The notes beneath the pieces were generated by a model, which was given only the letters and a program-made list of their open reading frames with translations, was not told where the DNA came from and did not search any database. DNA of 32,000 nucleotides from the NCBI RefSeq assembly GCF_004102945.1, contig NZ_CP019384.1, positions 420,001 through 452,000 of the forward strand, written 5' to 3'. The position numbers and the translations under genes are program-made. Below are positions 25,547 through 30,704 of the stretch, piece by piece; position 1 is the first letter of the stretch, and the number at the start of each line of letters is the position of its first letter. Origin of the DNA: Candidatus Velamenicoccus archaeovorus (GTDB taxonomy: Bacteria; Omnitrophota; Gorgyraeia; Velamenicoccales; Velamenicoccaceae).

Positions 25547-25712
25547 AAGGAATTAACGTTGGCTCCTCGCCTAAACGCTTGTTCATTTTGCTCACAAACG
25601 CCCTGGTCCCGCCGGAGGACGGGCCAGAGGCGTTCTCAAAATGAACTGGCGCAGGCTTCGGAGTTAATCCGCCAGAGGCGGATTAAAAAGCTATTATAGC
25701 ATACCTTTTTGA
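25547..25712 (+). repeat. Modular hairpin repeat, copy 5 (L module, long hairpin, variant small hairpin, terminal hairpin)
   Basis: AAGGAATTAACGTTGGCTCCTCGCCTAAACGCTTG begins right beside the - strand ATG (25546). The long hairpin pairs TTCATTTTG...CAAAATGAA around AACGCCCTGGTCCCG...CGGGCCAGAGGCGTT. TAATCCGC-cagag-GCGGATTA replaces the ACCC-AGAAA-GGGT hairpin of the other copies. Confidence 0.75.
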
Positions 25713-25718
25713 AAGTGT

Positions 25719-25748
25719 TTGAAAACACCCCCTTTTGGATGATACAAT
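25719..25748 (+). promoter_or_regulatory. Candidate sigma70-type promoter (TTGAAA-N18-TACAAT) for the GIY-YIG/tRNA-Pro unit
   Basis: -35 TTGAAA is at 25719-25724 and -10 TACAAT at 25743-25748. It lies ~110 nt upstream of the GIY-YIG ATG. Confidence 0.4.
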
Positions 25749-25857
25749 GAACCCCACCTTGAAATGACGGTATCCGGGGAGTAGCTGAGTACCCTTATGT
25801 CTTATACAGCGAAGTCCGCCAAAGATTTAGTGGCGGACTCAGCTTGCAAAGGTATAG

Positions 25858-26100
25858 ATGTTTGTATATATTTTGCAGAGCAAAAAAGATGGGACTTTTT
25901 ATGTCGGTTCTGCAAAAAACGTGGCAGAAAGATTATTGCAACATAATCGGTCTCAAAGCTTGGCCACTAAGGGAAAGAGACCTTGGATTTTAGTCGGAGC
26001 GGAAGAATATGACACGGTTTCTGTTGCGTTAAAACGAGAGAAGTTTTTTAAAACAGGCAGAGGCAAGAGGGCTATTAGGAATTTGTATTTGAAGAAGTAG
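25858..26100 (+). CDS. Small GIY-YIG nuclease-superfamily protein (UPF0213/YhbQ-like)
   Basis: 80 aa. FVYILQSKKDGTFYVGSAKNVAERLLQHN is a GIY...YVG-type motif followed by a helix ending in HN. ALKREKFFK carries the conserved Arg/Glu region. The stop is 4 nt before tRNA-Pro. Confidence 0.75.
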   Translation: MFVYILQSKKDGTFYVGSAKNVAERLLQHNRSQSLATKGKRPWILVGAEEYDTVSVALKREKFFKTGRGKRAIRNLYLKK

Positions 26101-26104
26101 TTTT

Positions 26105-26179
26105 CGGGGAGTAGCGCAGTTTGGCTAGCGCGTTTGCTTTGGGAGCAAAAGGTCGTGGGTTCAAATCCCACCTCCCCGA
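26105..26179 (+). tRNA. tRNA-Pro (anticodon UGG)
   Basis: Manual cloverleaf: acceptor CGGGGAG/CTCCCCG, D stem GCGC/GCGC, anticodon stem TTTGC/GCAAA with loop TTTGGGA, T arm GTGGG-TTCAAAT-CCCAC, discriminator A. CCA is not encoded. Confidence 0.93.
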
Positions 26180-26207
26180 CAATTTTTTGCGCCAGAGCAA
26201 AAAATTG
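26180..26207 (+). other. Perfect 11-bp A/T-rich hairpin immediately after tRNA-Pro
   Basis: CAATTTTTTGC-gccaga-GCAAAAAATTG. The 3' arm is also the first 11 nt of the tandem repeat unit. No U-tract follows. Confidence 0.5.
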
Positions 26208-26395
26208 TCGGGTGCCGATGAGGCCGTTGCGAGGCGATAAGCCGAGCAGGCCAAAATCGGCGCCGACACCTCGGTGTGTTTTTCTGACAAGCAAAAAATT
26301 ATCGGGTGCCGATGAGGCCGTCGCGAGCCGAGTGCGCAAGCCTCTTCGCAGAGGATAAGGCGAGCAGGCCGATTTGGCCCCGGACCTTGATGTTG
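26197..26395 (+). repeat. Tandem direct repeat (two units, ~94-bp period) between tRNA-Pro and tRNA-Arg
   Basis: Unit starts at 26197 and 26291 share GCAAAAAATTRTCGGGTGCCGATGAGGCCGTYGCGAG (35/37) and ...GATAAGSCGAGCAGGCC. The second unit has a ~25-nt insertion containing the CCTCT-tcgc-AGAGG hairpin. Confidence 0.8.
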
Positions 26396-26461
26396 AAAAA
26401 ATTGATAAGTTATACACCCGGCGCTTATTCGGAATAGCGCCGGTGCAAAATATCCTGTTTT

Positions 26462-26538
26462 GCGCCCGTAGCTCAACTGGATAGAGCACCTGCCTTCTAA
26501 GCCGGTTGTTGGCCGTTCGATTCGGCCCGGGCGCACCA
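26462..26538 (+). tRNA. tRNA-Arg (anticodon UCU), CCA encoded
   Basis: Manual cloverleaf: acceptor GCGCCCG/CGGGCGC, D arm GCTC-AACTGGATA-GAGC, anticodon loop CTTCTAA (one T-C mismatch in the stem), T arm GGCCG-TTCGATT-CGGCC, then ACCA. Confidence 0.88.
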
Positions 26539-26548
26539 TATTTCGACC

Positions 26549-27631
26549 ATGAAAAAAACGATCAAGATCATCTTAGTTGTTTTTGCCGTCATCATCCTTG
26601 TGTCGGTGGCCGGCCTTGCCTACGTCGTGGCCAATGCCCGTAGCATCATCCTGCCTAGGCTGGAAAAAAGCCTTGGGGTTTCTGTGAGCGCTTCGGCCAT
26701 CAGGTTTTCCTGGCCTCTCGCGGCGCAGATGGATGATCTCGCCATAGGCCAGACGATCAAGGTCAAAAGGGTAGACATTGTCCCGGGTTTCACAGGTTTA
26801 TTCACGGTAGGCATGGTTTTCGACAGGATCGTCTTCCACGAGCCTTACGTCAAGGTCACGCGCACAGGTAAAGACACGTTTGATCTCGGCTTGCCGCCAG
26901 CTGGCGACCGCAAGAAACCCCAGTCAAGCTTCATCGTGCGCCGGATCGTCCTAAAGAACGGGAGAATTGAGCTTGTGGATCAGAGCCTGGAGGATGGCCC
27001 TATTACCTTTTATGTCGATGATCTTAATCTCGACGCCAGGCAGGCTTCTTTGGCGCAGCCGATGCGTATCCAGTTCCACACCTCGGCCATCGTTAAGACG
27101 GCGAAAGAAGAGACAGTGGCGATGCTCCAAGGGAGCGGCTGGATAGACTGGCTCCCGAAAGATTGCGATGCTGTTTTGGTCCTCAAGGACGCTGATCTGA
27201 CGTATCTGGCGCCCTATTACCGGCAATATCTTCAGAAGGACCTGGAGTCAGGGCATTTGCAGGCGCAGGCCGCCATGAAGGCCGTCCATAACGAACTTAA
27301 GGTTGATACCCATGCGGAATTGACGGATGTTGCCTTTAAGGAAGAGGCTCCCGTGGCAGAGGGGGAGCAGCAACAGCCGGCGGATATTAAAGATTTGACG
27401 TATCTGGCTTTTGATTCTATACTTTCATCTGAAGGAAAGGCCGTCTTCGATTTTTCCATCACCACGAAACTCGATCATCCGAAGTTTGAGAATTTGAAGA
27501 TCAAGGGCTCGTTTTTAAGATCCCGCATCCAAGCCGCTGTGACCCATCCTCAGGAAACCATTGAACAATATAAAAAGATAGGAGAGCAGTTCGAGACGAT
27601 CGGGAAAGAATTCAAAAAAATGTTTAAATGA
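26549..27631 (+). CDS. DUF748/AsmA-like membrane-anchored protein
   Basis: 360 aa with an N-terminal anchor IKIILVVFAVIILVSVAGLAYVV, then an AsmA/DUF748-like beta-rich region. The ATG is only 10 nt after the tRNA-Arg CCA and has no SD. Confidence 0.55.
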   Translation: MKKTIKIILVVFAVIILVSVAGLAYVVANARSIILPRLEKSLGVSVSASAIRFSWPLAAQMDDLAIGQTIKVKRVDIVPGFTGLFTVGMVFDRIVFHEPYVKVTRTGKDTFDLGLPPAGDRKKPQSSFIVRRIVLKNGRIELVDQSLEDGPITFYVDDLNLDARQASLAQPMRIQFHTSAIVKTAKEETVAMLQGSGWIDWLPKDCDAVLVLKDADLTYLAPYYRQYLQKDLESGHLQAQAAMKAVHNELKVDTHAELTDVAFKEEAPVAEGEQQQPADIKDLTYLAFDSILSSEGKAVFDFSITTKLDHPKFENLKIKGSFLRSRIQAAVTHPQETIEQYKKIGEQFETIGKEFKKMFK

Positions 27632-27746
27632 GCAGATGATTTACTGAAGCGCCAGCGAAAGTAAATCATAGGCCAGGCGCTTCCGTATTCGGCCGTCTGC
27701 GAATTTAATCCTGAGCAAAGCGAAGGATCTAAGCGGCAAGCTTGAA

Positions 27747-27992
27747 ATGTGGTATGTTTATATTATTGAATGCAAAGAAGGGTCGTTCTATACAGGGATT
27801 ACGAATAATCTTAAGGTCAGAATAGGGCAACACAACCGTGGTCATGGCTGTCGGTTTACTAAATTCCGCATTCCCGTTAAATTGTTATATCATGAGATTT
27901 TTCCATCCAGGGAAGCAGCTTTGAAGCGAGAGGCTGAAATCAAAGGCTGGACAAGAGAACGGAAATTGGCGCTCATTGCGGAAAGGCTGTAG
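27747..27992 (+). CDS. Small GIY-YIG nuclease-superfamily protein (UPF0213/YhbQ-like)
   Basis: 81 aa. YVYIIECKEGSFYTGITNNLKVRIGQHN and REAALKREAEIKGWTRERKLALI form the classic short GIY-YIG pattern. Confidence 0.8.
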   Translation: MWYVYIIECKEGSFYTGITNNLKVRIGQHNRGHGCRFTKFRIPVKLLYHEIFPSREAALKREAEIKGWTRERKLALIAERL

Positions 27993-28063
27993 ATTTATTG
28001 CATTTTGGTAAGGCCCTTTACTTATTCTTTGCATTGTGGGAAGGCTCTTCGTTTCACTCAGAG

Positions 28064-28111
28064 CCACCATGATGCAAGGTTGAAATTCCTGAATTTGTTG
28101 CATCATGGTGG
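28064..28111 (+). other. Perfect 14-bp hairpin in the tRNA-His 5' leader, overlapping G-1 to +4 of the tRNA
   Basis: CCACCATGATGCAA (28064-28077) pairs with TTGCATCATGGTGG (28098-28111) across a 20-nt loop. Confidence 0.6.
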
Positions 28112-28181
28112 GTATAGCTCAGCTTGGTAGAGCGCTTGACTGTGGCTCAAGTTGTCGCGGGTTCGAATCCCGTTACCCACC
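28107..28181 (+). tRNA. tRNA-His (anticodon GUG) with genome-encoded G-1
   Basis: Manual cloverleaf: G-1 + GTGGGTA/TACCCAC acceptor with discriminator C opposite G-1, D arm GCTC-AGCTTGGTA-GAGC, anticodon arm CTTGA-CTGTGGC-TCAAG, T arm GCGGG-TTCGAAT-CCCGT. CCA is not encoded. Confidence 0.92.
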
Positions 28182-28183
28182 CT
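28169..28183 (+). repeat. Left direct repeat (putative attL) = 3' end of tRNA-His
   Basis: CCCGTTACCCACCCT matches CCTGTAACCCACCCT at 30654-30668 at 13 of 15 positions, and the last 9 nt are identical. Confidence 0.65.
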
Positions 28184-28303
28184 TTATTGTTTTAGGAGAA
28201 CTGAGGTTCGGTAACATAAAAAGAAAGGAGATGATGGTTCTATTTTTGTCATAAAAATTAGAATTATCGTTTCCTTTTTTTTGTTCAAAGGGGAGTGAGC
28301 TTT

Positions 28304-29677
28304 ATGAAAAAACAAATAGTTAATTATCAAGATAAGTGGGAAGAAAATAAAGTGAAGGTAGATGACCTTAATTTAGATGTTAATAATATTCGTCTTGAAA
28401 TAAAACATGAATCTGAGAAAGAAATAGCAAATGATCTTTTTATTAACGAAGATGCGATGGACATACTCGAAAATATTTATGAAAATGGCTTTTTCCCAGA
28501 TGAGTCGCCTATTGTTATTAAGGAAAATAACAAGCTTGTTGTTCTTGAAGGTAATCGAAGAGTAGTTTCCTTGAAGGCGATGGTTCATCCTGAAATCGCT
28601 CCAGAAAAATACGCTTCAAAAATTAAGAAAATGATGGAAGGGCGTTTGCCAATAACAGATATTTTAGTGCGTGTAGCAACTTCTAGGGACGAAGCAATGG
28701 AATATTTGTCTGCCAAACATACAAAGACTACAAGGAGGCCATGGAGTGCTTTAAGGCGGGCATATTTTTATTATGCACAGAAAGAGCGGGGGCAAGCAGT
28801 TACAGTCTTGATGGATAGATATAAAGGTGTAGATATACCGGCTTATATACGTATGTTCGAAATGCATAATGTTGCAAAGTCATTAAAGAATATTCCAGAA
28901 GAAATCAGAAAGAAAATAGCGAATAAGGGAGTTTTTAATATAACTACTCTTGAAAGGCTCTATTCTGATAAATATGTTCAACAAAAACTAGGCATAGATT
29001 TTGATAAAACTACGGGTGAGGTTAGCCTTCCTATTAATGCTTCGTTCGATAAAGTTTTTTCTAAGGTAGTTTCTGATATTGTTTCAGGTGTGGCCACTTC
29101 TCGTAAATGGCTTTCTCATGATGAGGATAGAAAGAAATATATTGATTCTGTTATTTCTGAGATTCTTGAGGGCAAAGAAATTGATACTAGAACAAAGAAA
29201 TCAGCTTCAGAGTTTAAAGCTATTAGCTATAAAAAGAAAAGGAAATCCTTGGTTGAGAAATCTTTTGTATGTACTCTAGATGCCCCAGGAATTGGTCGAG
29301 TTTTATGGGAGCTTCAAAATCTTGAATACAAAAGTTTTCCAAATGCCGCAGCAGATTTGTTGCGAACATTTTTGGAAAAAACTTTGAAAAAATACTTAGA
29401 GCAATTAAATGCTTTACCAAATCCGCGCAGAACAGGTGGTTATATTTATCTTGATGATGTGCTTACCAAGATGAGTAGTGATTTGCAGAAATTATCAAAA
29501 CATCAAATTGTTCAAATAATTGCAGAGATAAAGAATAATAAATGGTATTTGGAAAGCATTAACCATAATCCTGACATTTTTGCAGTAGAATATAGGGTTG
29601 AAGAAGCTTGGGATTTAATATGCCCACTGGTTAAATTTATTTTTAACGAGTGCAAAAAGAAAGTTGAGTCGAAATAG
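28304..29677 (+). CDS. ParB/Srx-like N-terminal domain protein with a large uncharacterised C-terminal region
   Basis: 457 aa from ATG 28304, with AAAGGGGA upstream; the track start is GTG 28295. The N-terminal VKVDDLNLDVNNIRLE and DILENIYENGFFPDESPIVIKENNKLVVLEGNRRVVSLKAM match the ParB-nuclease-like pattern, including the GxxRR arginine box. I recognise no motif in the remaining ~330 aa. Confidence 0.6.
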   Translation: MKKQIVNYQDKWEENKVKVDDLNLDVNNIRLEIKHESEKEIANDLFINEDAMDILENIYENGFFPDESPIVIKENNKLVVLEGNRRVVSLKAMVHPEIAPEKYASKIKKMMEGRLPITDILVRVATSRDEAMEYLSAKHTKTTRRPWSALRRAYFYYAQKERGQAVTVLMDRYKGVDIPAYIRMFEMHNVAKSLKNIPEEIRKKIANKGVFNITTLERLYSDKYVQQKLGIDFDKTTGEVSLPINASFDKVFSKVVSDIVSGVATSRKWLSHDEDRKKYIDSVISEILEGKEIDTRTKKSASEFKAISYKKKRKSLVEKSFVCTLDAPGIGRVLWELQNLEYKSFPNAAADLLRTFLEKTLKKYLEQLNALPNPRRTGGYIYLDDVLTKMSSDLQKLSKHQIVQIIAEIKNNKWYLESINHNPDIFAVEYRVEEAWDLICPLVKFIFNECKKKVESK

Positions 29678-29679
29678 GC

Positions 29680-30522
29680 ATGCCTTTTTATTCTCCATTA
29701 AGATATCCAGGTGGAAAAAATAAGCTAGCAGAGTTTATTGCTTCATTATGTGTAAATAATAAAATAAATAAGTGTTATGTTGAACCTTATGCTGGTGGTG
29801 CATCGGTCGCTTTGTATCTTTTGCTAAACGGTTATGTTGAAGAGGTGATTATAAATGATTACGATAGGGCTATCTATTCTTTTTGGTATTCTATATTAAA
29901 TTACACGGAAAGATTTTGTGAAAAAATTAAGAATACCGAAGTTAATCTTGCGAACTGGAATAAGTTTAAGAATATCCATTCTAAGAAAGAAGAGGCCAAT
30001 CTTTTTGATTTAGGATTTGCGACCTTTTTTCTTAATCGTACAAATCGCTCTGGTATTATTACCGGAGGACCCATCGGCGGAATGATGCAAGAAGGAAAAT
30101 ATAAAATTGATTGTCGTTTCAATGACGAAAACCTCATTAAAAGAATCCAGTTTATAGCAATTCATAAAAAAAATATTCGATTATATATGATGGATGCTTT
30201 GTGTCTTATTGAAAAGATGCAAAATGAAAGGAAAGTGAATAATTTATTTTTTTATTTTGATCCACCGTATTATTCAAAAGGACCATTATTGTATATGAGT
30301 CATTATGAACACGATGATCATAAAAAATTAAGTGAAGCCATTAAAAGAATTAATAAATCAAAATGGGTTGTTTCTTATGACAATACAAGAGAAATTAGAG
30401 AATTGTATGCTACTTGTGAAAAGAGAGAATATTTTTTGCTTCATACTGCATATAAAGTCAAAAAAGGTGAAGAGATTTTATTTATCTCTAAGGGTTTGCT
30501 AGTGCCAGATAAGGTAAATTAA
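29680..30522 (+). CDS. Dam-family (D12 class) N6-adenine DNA methyltransferase
   Basis: SPLRYPGGKNKL, the SAM-binding motif I (YVEPYAGGASVAL) and the catalytic motif IV (FYFDPPYY). The motif I-to-DPPY order is the alpha-class order. The start is 3 nt after the upstream stop. Confidence 0.88.
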   Translation: MPFYSPLRYPGGKNKLAEFIASLCVNNKINKCYVEPYAGGASVALYLLLNGYVEEVIINDYDRAIYSFWYSILNYTERFCEKIKNTEVNLANWNKFKNIHSKKEEANLFDLGFATFFLNRTNRSGIITGGPIGGMMQEGKYKIDCRFNDENLIKRIQFIAIHKKNIRLYMMDALCLIEKMQNERKVNNLFFYFDPPYYSKGPLLYMSHYEHDDHKKLSEAIKRINKSKWVVSYDNTREIRELYATCEKREYFLLHTAYKVKKGEEILFISKGLLVPDKVN

Positions 30523-30653
30523 AAACTTAAGGAGTTAGATTGTTCGTAAATTGGAATTTCGAAGTCGTAATGCCTAATTTTTGGATTATTCTAGCTGAAA
30601 ACTAAAAAATATACTAGTATTGTCAATAAAAGGGAAGAAGTTCTGTCTTTTAC

Positions 30654-30668
30654 CCTGTAACCCACCCT
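30654..30668 (+). repeat. Right direct repeat (putative attR), a partial copy of the tRNA-His 3' end
   Basis: CCTGTAACCCACCCT, 13/15 identical to 28169-28183. GC content returns to host level just downstream. Confidence 0.65.
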
Positions 30669-30704
30669 GAATTTTATCCTGGGAATTTCTAAAAGGATAC
30701 ATCA

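Larger units (their letters stand above)
28184..30668. mobile_element. AT-rich ~2.5 kb genomic islet integrated at the tRNA-His 3' end (no integrase present)
   Basis: Composition shifts abruptly: sampled 60-nt lines are ~28-35% GC inside versus ~53% outside. The shift starts directly after tRNA-His and ends at the repeat of the tRNA 3' end. The islet contains only two coupled genes. Confidence 0.7.

Noticed and set aside
25953-26539. Long - strand ORFs 25953-26489 (178 aa) and 26075-26539 (154 aa).
   Set aside because: They run antisense across two well-folded tRNA genes, the GIY-YIG gene end and the tandem repeats. Their openness is explained by GC-rich structured sequence.
28184-30668. Searched the islet and its flanks for an integrase, recombinase, transposase or recognisable restriction endonuclease motif.
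   Set aside because: None found. Only the two ORFs exceed 80 aa and neither has tyrosine/serine recombinase, DDE or PD-(D/E)xK motifs that I could recognise by eye. Mobility is therefore inferred only from composition and the direct repeat.
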